Shown here piece after piece: positions 27,700 through 37,441 of a DNA stretch of 64,000 nucleotides (positions within the stretch are counted from its first letter, which is position 1; the number at the start of each line of letters is the position of its first letter). The stretch lies in IMG/VR virus record IMGVR_UViG_3300023297_000003; one strand, given 5' to 3'. Under the pieces are notes generated by a model. That model made no database searches and was not told the origin of the DNA. It saw nothing but the letters and a program-made list of their open reading frames with translations. The stretch is from a virus (lineage: Duplodnaviria; Heunggongvirae; Uroviricota; Caudoviricetes). A program made the translations under genes and the position numbers.

Positions 27700-28496
27700 T
27701 AGGACGTTCCCAGGTGCTTCTGGATTGCGTCGGGGATCTCGGTGTGCTGTACACCGTTGAGGTAGGGTGTCGGGTGCGCCTGGACTTTGCCCCCCACCTC
27801 CATCTGCTTGAGGAAGAAGGGGATGCCAAAGTGGTCGCATTCGCCATGAAGCTGGGTCACCCAAGCGGGGTCCATCGGCCTCCGGTCGTCCCCAGACTCG
27901 CAACCCACGATCACCCACTCGACAAGATCCCAGTTGTGGTGTGGGGACGGGGCGAGGGTCACCGACCCGATCAGCGGCTCCATCGAGACCCAGGTGTGCC
28001 ATCCACGTTCCGCCAGTTGTGCAAGGATAGGCAGGCGCTCAATAGCGCCCGCCATATTTTCCACGGACACACCGAGCCATACGTTCGGGACCGGGTCCAC
28101 CCCGAGGAGGGCCTCTCCCAGCCTGTCTGCTCGTTTCGTCAGCCACAGGTAGGTGTGCTGGTTTGCGATCCTGCAGGACTGGAGCACACACGCCAGGGCG
28201 TCCTCCGGGAGATCCGGGTGGCAGATGTCCCCCATGAAGCCCACACCGATTACTGACGGCGTCTTGCGGTGGGAGGGCTCGTCCAGCCTGTCCCGGTGCA
28301 GCGTAGGCTTGAAGGGGTCCTTCGGGTCGTACCACTTCGACCCCGTTGCAGCGTTCTCGGTGGCCCTCTTCTTGGCCCAGCAGTTCTGGCACCCGGCAGA
28401 CACCGGGGAACATCCCGTGAGGGGGTTCCACGAGTAGTCCAGGTAGCCGATTCCTGTCTTGTTCATCAGGACTCCTGGTTTTGAGAAGTTGACCAC
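27699..28496 (-). CDS. phage Gp37/Gp68-family (DUF5131) protein
   Basis: YSWNPLTGCSPVSAGCQNCWA signature. Confidence 0.65.
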   Translation of the reverse strand: MVNFSKPGVLMNKTGIGYLDYSWNPLTGCSPVSAGCQNCWAKKRATENAATGSKWYDPKDPFKPTLHRDRLDEPSHRKTPSVIGVGFMGDICHPDLPEDALACVLQSCRIANQHTYLWLTKRADRLGEALLGVDPVPNVWLGVSVENMAGAIERLPILAQLAERGWHTWVSMEPLIGSVTLAPSPHHNWDLVEWVIVGCESGDDRRPMDPAWVTQLHGECDHFGIPFFLKQMEVGGKVQAHPTPYLNGVQHTEIPDAIQKHLGTS

Positions 28497-28502
28497 ATGT
28501 CC

Positions 28503-28727
28503 CTAGTAGTCACCGCCGTCGTCGGCGCTCCCGTTGGGCAGATCCGCCATGCGGACCCACGGCCCGTCCGGGTCCAGGATGGAGGTGAGCTTCTCGGCCA
28601 ACTCCTTCATCTCGTTGTCGACGTAGTCCTCGAAGTCCCTGTCCGGGGTCCGCCCCCGCTGCTCCAGTTCCTTGAGTTTACGCTGACGAACCATCTCACG
28701 CAGCCGTCCACAAAAGACACAGGTCAT
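28503..28727 (-). CDS. hypothetical protein
   Basis: 74-aa ORF. Confidence 0.35.
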   Translation of the reverse strand: MTCVFCGRLREMVRQRKLKELEQRGRTPDRDFEDYVDNEMKELAEKLTSILDPDGPWVRMADLPNGSADDGGDY

Positions 28728-28835
28728 ATCAGCCTCCCTTCTCCAGGTAGTTGCCGATGATCAGGGTGGCGAAGCCCGCAACCGCCATCCCAGCGCACAA
28801 CAGGGTCATGCCACTGTGGAACGTCATTGGGTCTC

Positions 28836-29090
28836 CTAGCGCCACATTGTGATGGCGTTATAGTTGCACTTCGTGTTGCAGGCGAAGCGGTCAGCCATCA
28901 GGATCGTGATGGCGTCGCACATCGGCTTCACCTTCCGTTCCTGAACAAGCCGCCTCAGGAAGGCCAGGGCCGTGGGCAGCACATCCCCGTACTCATCGAA
29001 CAGCAGATCCGTGGTTGGGTTGCTGTTCCGGTAGGGGTCGCCCATGGTCGGGCAGTTCCCATGCTTGTCAAACAGTTGCTCCAGGGTCAT
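28836..29090 (-). CDS. hypothetical protein
   Basis: 84-aa ORF; promoter motif 29100-29155. Confidence 0.4.
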   Translation of the reverse strand: MTLEQLFDKHGNCPTMGDPYRNSNPTTDLLFDEYGDVLPTALAFLRRLVQERKVKPMCDAITILMADRFACNTKCNYNAITMWR

Positions 29091-29126
29091 CGCATCCTCC
29101 CAGGGGTCATTTGCCCCTCACCTTAA

Positions 29127-29702
29127 CTACTCTGTGGGTCGGGGAGATGATCCCGCCGATCCGCCTTCAAGAGTCATTTCACTCTCTGCGGTTTGGTTAA
29201 GTCGCACCTCCAGGGTGTCATACAGTTCTTGCAGTGTTTTGTTCGGTTTCTCAAAGGGGAGAGGCCGATGATCGAAAACACCCTTATGCTTGTAACGACA
29301 AGAGGGGCACTCAAACCAACCAGTTATGATGGACGGTTCTACCTGTTCATGTAGGCAAGGAACGCCATCCCGTTTTGGGAGGTTGTTAAGTGCTTTGGCC
29401 ACCTGAAGGGGGACCATTGTTCCGCAGGTCTCACAGGTACGCCATCCTGAGGGAGCCTTGCCCTTACGTTTGTAATTGGGTGCGTAACAACATCGGGCGT
29501 TCTCAACGTCTGGTTTGGGTTTCAGATAGGGGCACCCATGAAGATGTCTCTGCATACAGACGGGGAGCGGTTTCTTGTGATAACGAGTGTAGCCCCGGCC
29601 CTGGGCAAGGATCCCCTTGTCCTCACCCGGCCACATACAGGAACGGTACACACATTGGCTGTCACAACCTTCTGCAGTATATCGTGTGGGGTAGCCACTC
29701 AT
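29127..29702 (-). CDS. cysteine-rich hypothetical protein
   Basis: 191 aa, many CxxC pairs; promoter motif 29710-29770. Confidence 0.45.
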   Translation of the reverse strand: MSGYPTRYTAEGCDSQCVYRSCMWPGEDKGILAQGRGYTRYHKKPLPVCMQRHLHGCPYLKPKPDVENARCCYAPNYKRKGKAPSGWRTCETCGTMVPLQVAKALNNLPKRDGVPCLHEQVEPSIITGWFECPSCRYKHKGVFDHRPLPFEKPNKTLQELYDTLEVRLNQTAESEMTLEGGSAGSSPRPTE

Positions 29703-29721
29703 TTAAGATCCTCCTCGGGGG

Positions 29722-30171
29722 TCATTCCCCCTCACCCTGTCTACTCTGTGGGTGCCGGGGATGATCCCAACACCCTAGCAGTTCCTGAGCTTCTCGGTAC
29801 AGGCGTTGTTCCAGGTCCTTGAAGTCTGCTCCGTGATTGGGATGTCGGAGGTGGGCAACCTCATGGGCAACCGTCAATACGATCTGATCCCAGGGGTCTG
29901 GCTTCGACCACCACCCCCCGCCGTCTTCTACACGATCCTTACACCGGAGCCGGATTGCAATACGCCTCTCGTGGCAATAGCATACTCCCGCTGCTCCATC
30001 GGACAGGGGTCTACGTTTGGGTTCTACAAAATGGAGGGGTAGACCGTGACTGTTCGCAAGAACCCAAGCCAGCCGTTCCATTGTTTCCCATAAAGGATGA
30101 TCGTCCGGGTGCAGGCACAGGGACGGACGTGGGGCTTCGATGATAACCCCCGGTGGTTGTCGGAGTCCCAA
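29722..30171 (-). CDS. SprT-like zinc metalloprotease domain protein
   Basis: TVAHEVAHLRHPNH (HExxH..H). Confidence 0.5.
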   Translation of the reverse strand: MGLRQPPGVIIEAPRPSLCLHPDDHPLWETMERLAWVLANSHGLPLHFVEPKRRPLSDGAAGVCYCHERRIAIRLRCKDRVEDGGGWWSKPDPWDQIVLTVAHEVAHLRHPNHGADFKDLEQRLYREAQELLGCWDHPRHPQSRQGEGE

Positions 30172-30372
30172 CTACCGCACGGTGACGGACAGTGCGAGGA
30201 AGGCTCTGTTGTCCTCGGCATCGGCAATGGTACTGATCCGAATGATCGTTCCGTCGCTGCACCGGATCTGGACCTCGCCGCTGTCACACCAAGAGGTCAT
30301 CTCCCCGACTTTTATGTCTTTGATGACTTTTCCCTGTACGCCTTGAAGTGCCTGACTCTGTTCTGTGGTCAT
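30172..30372 (-). CDS. small hypothetical protein (66 aa)
   Basis: start at ATG directly after promoter motif 30375-30425. Confidence 0.4.
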   Translation of the reverse strand: MTTEQSQALQGVQGKVIKDIKVGEMTSWCDSGEVQIRCSDGTIIRISTIADAEDNRAFLALSVTVR

Positions 30373-30394
30373 TTGCCACCTCCATACACCCTGT

Positions 30395-30958
30395 CTACTC
30401 TGTGGGTGCCGGAGATGATCCCACGGGGCTAAGGGCAGCGGCAGCGTGGGCGTCGTAGAGGCCCCGCACGAACTCGTAACAGGCGAGCACAAGCTGTCCG
30501 TACTGCATCTGATAGGCGGCATCGTCCTGCGCTGATTCGGGGAAGAGTATCGTGTCGTAGTGCTCTACCTGACCCTGGAATTTGCCGACTCGGAGATTGC
30601 CAACGAACATGCCGTACAGGGTGAGGTGGTAGTTGACGACCTCATCCTCACCCTTTTCGAAATCCGGTTTGCTGTCCCCCTCAGACTGGAAGGTGATGGT
30701 TTTCCTTTGCAGCGGGGTAGGGACGGCACCAAGGATGGCGTTGAAGCTGACAACTGCGTCCGCTTCCTCCGTAGTGGATGAGCACACCGACCACCAGTGG
30801 CGCCGTGGGTCAAACAGGCCGATTTTGTGCTCCCCAGCCTTGTTCAGCAGGAACCGGATCTCCAGTTCCTCCCCTTCGTGCAACCCGAGCGGCACCGAAC
30901 GGAAGGTATCCCAACTGACCTTCTTGTGATCTTGGAGGTCTTCTAGTGTGAGGCTCAT
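30395..30958 (-). CDS. hypothetical protein
   Basis: 187-aa ORF. Confidence 0.45.
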   Translation of the reverse strand: MSLTLEDLQDHKKVSWDTFRSVPLGLHEGEELEIRFLLNKAGEHKIGLFDPRRHWWSVCSSTTEEADAVVSFNAILGAVPTPLQRKTITFQSEGDSKPDFEKGEDEVVNYHLTLYGMFVGNLRVGKFQGQVEHYDTILFPESAQDDAAYQMQYGQLVLACYEFVRGLYDAHAAAALSPVGSSPAPTE

Positions 30959-31016
30959 GAGGGGTCTCCTTGACCAGGGACCGCCCCCTCCCCGTAGGGA
31001 AGGGGGCAGCAGGGGA

Positions 31017-32930
31017 CTAATTGGCGGGTCCGGCCTTCTCTTGGAGCATCATGGCCATCAGTGCCTCGAAGGCGTTGTTGCCCCCGTTGGCACCTCCGCC
31101 GCTGACTGCGACGTTCGGGGTGATCTTGATCTTGCCCTCGGAGATGATCAGGAAGGCTTCCAGCATTGCCACCCCCTGGGGACCAAGGGCGGCAACCTTC
31201 AGGGTGTAGCCGTCCGCTTCCGCCTTCTTGATCTTGAAGATCCGCTCGGCTTCAGCCGTGGCTGCAATCGTCACCTTCTCGGCAGCGGCCTCAGCGTCGG
31301 TGATGGTCTTCTTCTTGTTTTGTACGGCGACCTGGGCCTGATACGCAGCGGCGGCGAGCTTCTTCTCCTCCTCCGCCTCCTGCATCGTCTTGTTCAGCCG
31401 CTTCTGCTGTTCCGCTGCCTTCTGCTGTACGGCGAAGGTGACCTGCTGCTGCACGGCGATCTCACGGTCCCGCTGGGTTTTCATCAGTTCACCCAGGGAA
31501 GCCTCGTCGCCCACACGCCCGATGAGTACCTCATCGACCGTCACACCGTACACGGCGCACTTCTTGGCGATGAGATCCTTAGCGTCCTTCTGCCGGACCT
31601 CCAGGTCTGCGAAGAAGTCCAGCACGTTGGACCGACCTGCCAGCACACGGGAGATTGAGAGGACCGTAGGGGTCATCACGACATCCCCGATCTTCTCGTC
31701 GTCACCTACCATTGCACGGACCCAAGGGGCGTTCATTGGTTCCACATGGTACACAATGCGTATGTCCATCGGGAACTCGTACCCATCCTTGCTACGGACG
31801 ATGACCCGCCCGTCGTCTTCCCCTTCCTCACCAGGCGGAGTGTAGGAGATTCGCAGGCGCATCGTATTGATATCCGTCATCTCGTGGGCGAACGGATGCA
31901 TTGGATACTTGTTGGGGACCAGCGCATCACGCCAGATGCCCGCCTCACCCACATCGACCAGCGGGTCGGGGATCTTCCGTTTGACCTCCACCAGCACGAT
32001 CTTGGTCTTTCGCACCTTCAAGCTCTTGCGGTCGATCCTGATGTCCTTCTCCGCCACCCCCGCAGCCAGCAGCCGTCGCTGCTCGGCGTCTTCCGCCTCC
32101 AGATATGCCGCTTCCAGTTCATCCTTGGACAGGGCAATCTCCTTCTCCACGAGATCCGTGATCTCGATGGTTGCCCGCTCCTCGGGCACATCGCCGTAGT
32201 TGGCCTTCACGACCATCACATGGCCCATCTCCACGTTGGTCATAGGTGCCTCTGTCATCGAGTACACCCCTGAGTGGAACTTCCACGTTCCCGGCAGGGC
32301 CACTGTCACCTGTTGGCCCTTGTACCCGTCCTCATGATCCAGGAAGACCTGGGCGTCGAGGAAACCGTCGAAGTCCGTGAACTTGGGGCCGTAGATCATT
32401 CCCTCCGGCATGGACTTGCCCGCCTTGGTGGTGATCACGCCGATCATCCCGTCCGGGATAACCACAGGCTCCCGTTCATTCGTGGAGTACATGAAGGGCA
32501 TGACCCACTTGAGACCGGGGGACAGCAGCGCTGCCTGGGGGCCGTTCTCGCCTTGTGTAGCGATGATCTGGCCTGCGGGCATCGAAGCCCCACCGAAGTT
32601 CCGCTCCAGTTCCATGAACCCGGATTGCGGCACGTCCACCATCATGGAACTGAAGAAAATGGCCAACAGGGCGTACAGGAAGAGCGGGATGCTCAACAAG
32701 CCCAAGCCCTTCGGTACGTTCGCCTCCGCAGCGTCCATCTCGACCTGCACCTGAGCGTCGAAGTCTGTCTGTGTCACCCGTTGGTCCATCATCTGGACCT
32801 TGTCCGTGACCTTGCGGGTGACCTTTCGCCACGTCTTCAGCATCCAGATTTTGCGTCTTGCGATGAGCCAGACGCCGAGACCGACCGCTCCGATGCCCGT
32901 AAGCATCAGGATCCAGATAAGAAACCCCAT
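31017..32930 (-). CDS. flotillin/SPFH (band-7) family membrane protein
   Basis: N-terminal TM, SPFH-like core, C-terminal EA-rich repeats (AEAAAEKVTIAATAEAERIFKIKKAEADG). Confidence 0.55.
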   Translation of the reverse strand: MGFLIWILMLTGIGAVGLGVWLIARRKIWMLKTWRKVTRKVTDKVQMMDQRVTQTDFDAQVQVEMDAAEANVPKGLGLLSIPLFLYALLAIFFSSMMVDVPQSGFMELERNFGGASMPAGQIIATQGENGPQAALLSPGLKWVMPFMYSTNEREPVVIPDGMIGVITTKAGKSMPEGMIYGPKFTDFDGFLDAQVFLDHEDGYKGQQVTVALPGTWKFHSGVYSMTEAPMTNVEMGHVMVVKANYGDVPEERATIEITDLVEKEIALSKDELEAAYLEAEDAEQRRLLAAGVAEKDIRIDRKSLKVRKTKIVLVEVKRKIPDPLVDVGEAGIWRDALVPNKYPMHPFAHEMTDINTMRLRISYTPPGEEGEDDGRVIVRSKDGYEFPMDIRIVYHVEPMNAPWVRAMVGDDEKIGDVVMTPTVLSISRVLAGRSNVLDFFADLEVRQKDAKDLIAKKCAVYGVTVDEVLIGRVGDEASLGELMKTQRDREIAVQQQVTFAVQQKAAEQQKRLNKTMQEAEEEKKLAAAAYQAQVAVQNKKKTITDAEAAAEKVTIAATAEAERIFKIKKAEADGYTLKVAALGPQGVAMLEAFLIISEGKIKITPNVAVSGGGANGGNNAFEALMAMMLQEKAGPAN

Positions 32931-33086
32931 CCCATTCTCCTTCTCGGGGGTCCACCCCGATGTTAGTGAGCCTTCCTCAGGCTACCCACACTACTCCAAC
33001 GGAATCTGAGATGATCAACAAAAGTTCTGGGGGTCTTTGCTCAAGGGCCGTTTCGGACACACCTTCCTTAGATCCTTACGTGCAAT

Positions 33087-33138
33087 GGGATCATCTGCTG
33101 ACCCCGCTGAGTAGAGTAAGTGAGGGGCAAATGACCCC
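33087..33138 (+). promoter_or_regulatory. conserved promoter-like motif + UTR stem-loop
   Basis: gggatcatct-N13-agtagagtaa gtgaggggcaaatgacccc. Confidence 0.5.
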
Positions 33139-33154
33139 TGAGGAGAATGAAACG

Positions 33155-33742
33155 ATGGGAAGCAATGTCAAAAACAGGCCGGAAGTGGACTCGACCCTGC
33201 GTAGCTACCAGGACTGGCCCTTGCCAACTGGTCAGTTAGACTTTCCCCTAGACTTCCTGCTGGAGGAGGTTCGGGCGATTGGGCGGAAAAACAAGGTCCC
33301 TTGGGACCTGAACCCAGACTATCAGAGGGGGCTGGTCTGGACGGACTCGCAGGCGTCCCGCTTCATAGGGCACCTGATCACAGGTGGTCCGGTTCCGCCG
33401 ATATACATCCAGAGGTACGAGACGGACGAGAATCTTCCAGAGGGGGTGTCCTGGCTGGACGCAGCGGCTGAGGTGATCGACGGACAACAGAGGATCCGGG
33501 CGACGCTCCGTTGGCTAGAAGGGGTGATCCCAGCGGAGATGGACGACGGGAAGGCGTTCTGGTTCCGTGACCTGTCACTGCGGGATGTGCGTCGGTTACC
33601 CAATGTCCATGTTTCGTTTGTGGACCTTTCCCGTAAAGAGCGGCTGCGGTTCTACCTGCGGCTGAACAGCGGTGGCACCATACACACCACCGAGGAAATC
33701 CAGCGGGTCCAGGAGTTGCTCCTGGCGGAAGAAAACAAATGA
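33155..33742 (+). CDS. DUF262 / ParB-like nuclease domain protein
   Basis: PDYQRGLVW and IDGQQR motifs. Confidence 0.55.
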   Translation: MGSNVKNRPEVDSTLRSYQDWPLPTGQLDFPLDFLLEEVRAIGRKNKVPWDLNPDYQRGLVWTDSQASRFIGHLITGGPVPPIYIQRYETDENLPEGVSWLDAAAEVIDGQQRIRATLRWLEGVIPAEMDDGKAFWFRDLSLRDVRRLPNVHVSFVDLSRKERLRFYLRLNSGGTIHTTEEIQRVQELLLAEENK

Positions 33743-33748
33743 TGAGGG

Positions 33749-34027
33749 GTGGACCCACTGGACACCTCTTCCCGAAGACCCCACGGAGGCCACATGAAAT
33801 ATATTTGTAGTCATGCTACAGATCCTCGGTGTCCTTACCCCAACACTTGTCCCCACTTCGGACATCATGAGTGGAATAGCGACGAGTTTGATGATGAGGA
33901 GTGTGGCGAAGCTGAATGTGAGATTCGGGAAGGGGACTCCATCGGGGTAATCCTCTGTGTCAATTGCGTGCCTGTGCAGGAAAACGGCAGCGCAGAGACG
34001 CTTCCCGTTCCGTCCAGGGCACTGTAG
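33749..34027 (+). CDS. Cys/His-rich small protein
   Basis: 92 aa, CxxxxxxC, CPHFGHHEW, CGEAEC, CVNC. Confidence 0.4.
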   Translation: MDPLDTSSRRPHGGHMKYICSHATDPRCPYPNTCPHFGHHEWNSDEFDDEECGEAECEIREGDSIGVILCVNCVPVQENGSAETLPVPSRAL

Positions 34028-34271
34028 TTGAGGAGAAGAATATGGCCGATTGTATTTCTAGTGGACTTAGAGCTAGGATGAGTAAAGACCCCTCACTGGG
34101 GGGGCTATAGTTCACGCCGCTTCCTTGCGGAATACGAAAAGGCGCATATTGGCCCTCAAGAAACTTGGACTTAAACTTGTGGCCAATATGCGAGTGCCAC
34201 GCTAGGAAGTCCTCAGCGTCGAGTTTGAAGAAGAGTACTGAACGAACTGAAAACCGAACAGGAGCGATATC

Positions 34272-34538
34272 ATGACGAAGTCTACACCCGTAATCACCAA
34301 GGGTCATTCCTACACCAAGGGTCCGTACCGCTGGTCGGAGGATTATCAGGAGGTGACCATCTCGGTCCCCGGTTACGGTGGCACCAAGCGTGTCCTCAAC
34401 GTGACCCGGAAGGAAGCCACCCCCGAGAAGCTGGAAGTGCTCCGCATCGCTGAGGGTACCCGGATCGTGGAGATCATCGAGGCCCATTCCCTGACGTTCG
34501 GTAAGGAAGAGGTCGCTAAAAAGAAAGTGGCTGCGTAG
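34272..34538 (+). CDS. hypothetical protein
   Basis: 88-aa ORF. Confidence 0.45.
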   Translation: MTKSTPVITKGHSYTKGPYRWSEDYQEVTISVPGYGGTKRVLNVTRKEATPEKLEVLRIAEGTRIVEIIEAHSLTFGKEEVAKKKVAA

Positions 34539-34656
34539 CCGTTCTCCTAACCGTCAAAAACGCACAACCACAAGGCCCCGACTTTTAGGAGCGTTGATCC
34601 AGCCCCCTGAGCGGCCACTCCTGAGTCAGGTCATCAAGGTGGAACATCAACATCGT

Positions 34657-35042
34657 GTTTCAATCCACATACCGTTCCTTAAAACCTGCTAAAATGTAAC
34701 AGGCATCAAGTTTGAAGCTGTGCCGAATCTTGGTGTCCCAAGTACCTCGGTAGTAAACTTCCGGCCCAACGGTAAGGGCTCGAATGACGGTTGCTCCTTC
34801 CGTCCGAATCCCAAGGAACTGGTCCGTTTAACACGGAATCGCTCTCTTAGCACTCGTTTTATGCCTCTCGGATGATCGTTAGTTTTGATGCGTTCGTCCC
34901 CAGAACATCTGGGCACACCAGAACCTCCTACCCAATCAGCATGAGCTTTCCTGCCGCAACAGCTCCCTGTTTCAAGCAGGAACAGTTAGACTTTAGCAGG
35001 TATGAAGGGCACTGTCAAGTACCCTTTGTCAAAGGATACGAC
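34657..35042 (+). repeat. solitary CRISPR-repeat-like unit (SRU3) split by insertion of mini element B
   Basis: left flank gtttcaatccacata (34657-34671), right flank tttgtcaaaggatacgac (35025-35042) together resemble one 36-bp repeat. Confidence 0.5.
34672..35024 (-). mobile_element. 353-bp miniature TnpB-derived element (mini B)
   Basis: same composition and deletion junction as mini A; right end ccgttcc.. at 34672, left-end hairpin gggcactgtcaagtaccc 35007-35024. Confidence 0.7.
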
Positions 35043-35071
35043 TCGACTCTTTATATTGCGTCTGCCCTGCT

Positions 35072-35971
35072 TCAAACTACCTTTTGTCCTTTCAGGGGCA
35101 CAATGAGGTAGCCCAAGAGCGGCCATTTCTCGGCAATCTCATCAATACGGTACCGCAACATCGTCAGACGGACGTGGAAGTCCCGCATCTCAACCAGGGG
35201 AGCAGTGTGGTCTGCATGGTTCCTGGCGCTCTTGCAACCGTTCCACAGGCCCATCCACTTCCATTCGTCAGGGAGACCCCGGCAGTTGGCCTTACCAACG
35301 CCCCTGTGGGCCGCTGCAAGCTGTTCCTCCCGGAGGGTGTGTACGGCGTGGATCATTGCGTCACGGGCACAGAAACGCTCCAGGGCGCACTCAGAGGACA
35401 CATCCCGACCCGTGTCCCGTTCAAAGTCTCGCAACCAGGACCACCCGCAGAACCGCTTGGAGTCCTCAGGGCCACCGACCCGCTCGACCACGTCCCGAAG
35501 CTGATACAGACCGACGTCGAGGTGGTTCCTCCAAACATGCCGCTTTTTCCGGCAGTTCGTGTAGCAGGAGCCGAGCTTGACGCACTTCTTCTCCCAGCGT
35601 TCTTTGCTCTCGTTGTAGAAGGGCTCACCCCACACCTTACAGTAGTTGATGACGTCACGGTCCCCACCGCTTTCCGTGGAAACAATGTGGGCGATGAGCA
35701 TCGGCTCCTCTGCCGTGTGCAAGGCCACATGTAGGATGTCCTCTATTACGGTGTCATCGAACCCGAAGTGCTCCTTGATCATCCAGTAGTTGATCTCCTC
35801 CTCCACGTCAACGGTGAGGATCAACTCAGCCTCTTCCGCTGTGATGGTCTCCGCCACTGCAGTGAGGGTCTGGTCGTAAGAGTACGGGGTATATGCAGGG
35901 TGGGTGGTCTGCTCCGGGGTCGTTGTCCCCAGGACGGCTAAGACCGCCAGTTTCATCCAAAGCGTCATCAT
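35072..35971 (-). CDS. secreted protein, possible lytic transglycosylase-like
   Basis: signal peptide MMTLWMKLAVLAVLG; HIVSTESGGDRDVI resembles SLT ES-motif (weak). Confidence 0.35.
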   Translation of the reverse strand: MMTLWMKLAVLAVLGTTTPEQTTHPAYTPYSYDQTLTAVAETITAEEAELILTVDVEEEINYWMIKEHFGFDDTVIEDILHVALHTAEEPMLIAHIVSTESGGDRDVINYCKVWGEPFYNESKERWEKKCVKLGSCYTNCRKKRHVWRNHLDVGLYQLRDVVERVGGPEDSKRFCGWSWLRDFERDTGRDVSSECALERFCARDAMIHAVHTLREEQLAAAHRGVGKANCRGLPDEWKWMGLWNGCKSARNHADHTAPLVEMRDFHVRLTMLRYRIDEIAEKWPLLGYLIVPLKGQKVV

Positions 35972-36054
35972 TTGAACCTCCTTTCAGGCCCCTTGTCTAC
36001 TCCGTTCTAGGGGAAGGGGCGTGCCTGGATCGGGAGTATAACTGGATCACCGAT

Positions 36055-37245
36055 GTTTCAATCCACGCCCCCTCATGGGAACGACGAGGTTGTCTACACT
36101 TACTACCCTAATGTTTCAATCCACACACCCGTGAGGGAGTGACCCCTTCTGCCTCGCTGCGGTTTCGTTTCAATCCACGCATCCCCTTGTTAGATGGTAC
36201 GACGGCAGGGTTGCGCCTTCTCAGGGATCAGTCCGAATCAGCGTTTCAATCCACGCACCCCTTGTTAGAGGATGCGACGTGAGCCGACCAGCCAGTTCCC
36301 CGTAAATCGGATTTAGTTTCAATCCACGCATCCTTTTTTCAGAGGATGCGACAGTAAGGCAGGCATGGCTCGTGGGGCGCTGGCTCACTGCGTTTCAATC
36401 CACGCACCCTTTGTTAGAGGATGCGACCGGTCACCCACGGACCAGGGGTGGAGTTCGCTTACGTTTCAATCCACGCACCCTTTGTTAGAGGATGCGACTT
36501 CGCCAGCGCCTTCAGGGCGGGAGTCGCAAGGGGGATCTCGTTTCAATCCACGCACCCTTTGTTAGAGGATGCGACGCTCCAAGGGCGGACAGGAAAGGGA
36601 AGTGTCATCGGATTGTTTCAATCCACGCATCCTTTGTTAGAGGATGCGACTTGTGACCGTCATTCCTGGATTTCGCCCAACTTCGAGTTTCAATCCACGC
36701 ATCCTTTGTTAGAGGATGCGACGAGGAAGACCGTCTTGTCCCGTCGAGCAGTCCTCTGAGCGTTTCAATCCACGCATCCTTTGTTAGAGGATGCGACACG
36801 GCGTCCCCAGGCCGTGGGAGCCGTTCTGTGGGCCTGTTTCAATCCACGCATCCTTTGTTAGAGGATGCGACTTCAGCTTCCCCTCTGGATCCTTGACGGC
36901 GAGGCACTTGTTTCAATCCACGCATCCTTTGTTAGAGGATGCGACACCCACCAAGTCGCACTCGACTGGGTCGCTGTTTGAAAGTTTCAATCCACGCATC
37001 CTTTGTTAGAGGATGCGACACCACCATAGGTCGGCTTCTTCCCCGCCAGGTCCACAGTGTTTCAATCCACGCATCCTTTGTTAGAGGATGCGACTGGTGA
37101 TCTCATCCGGGGTGTCATGCGGGCAGTAACGTTTCAATCCACGCATCCTTTGTTAGAGGATGCGACTTTCCGTTGGCTTGAGCCCGCTGGACGCCTGCAC
37201 GTACTCTCTGTTTCAATCCACGCATCCTTTGTTAGAGGATGCGAC
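36055..37245 (-). CRISPR. type I-C CRISPR array, 17 repeats of 36 bp (GTCGCATCCTCTAACAAAGGATGCGTGGATTGAAAC in transcript sense), 16 spacers of 35-43 nt
   Basis: direct repeat count by eye; leader-distal repeats at 36055-36280 degenerate; perfect repeats next to cas7. Confidence 0.95.
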
Positions 37246-37441
37246 AGTGCCCCTCGCAAACCGTTGTGGGACGCAGCTTTCCCGCCCCCTTTGCGAGCGG
37301 TCCTTCCCAACCGTCACTTTTCAAGCCGTTTGGTTCGGTTATCAAAGAACGGCTGCGGTATAACGACCCCAGATCACGGGGTTTTCTGGGTTGCGAGCGA
37401 CTCCGGGGTTTTCGTCGCCACGGAACCGCTCGCAAAGGGCC
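37246..37441 (-). promoter_or_regulatory. CRISPR leader
   Basis: 196 bp between last perfect repeat and cas7 stop; contains three gctcgcaaag-like elements. Confidence 0.45.
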
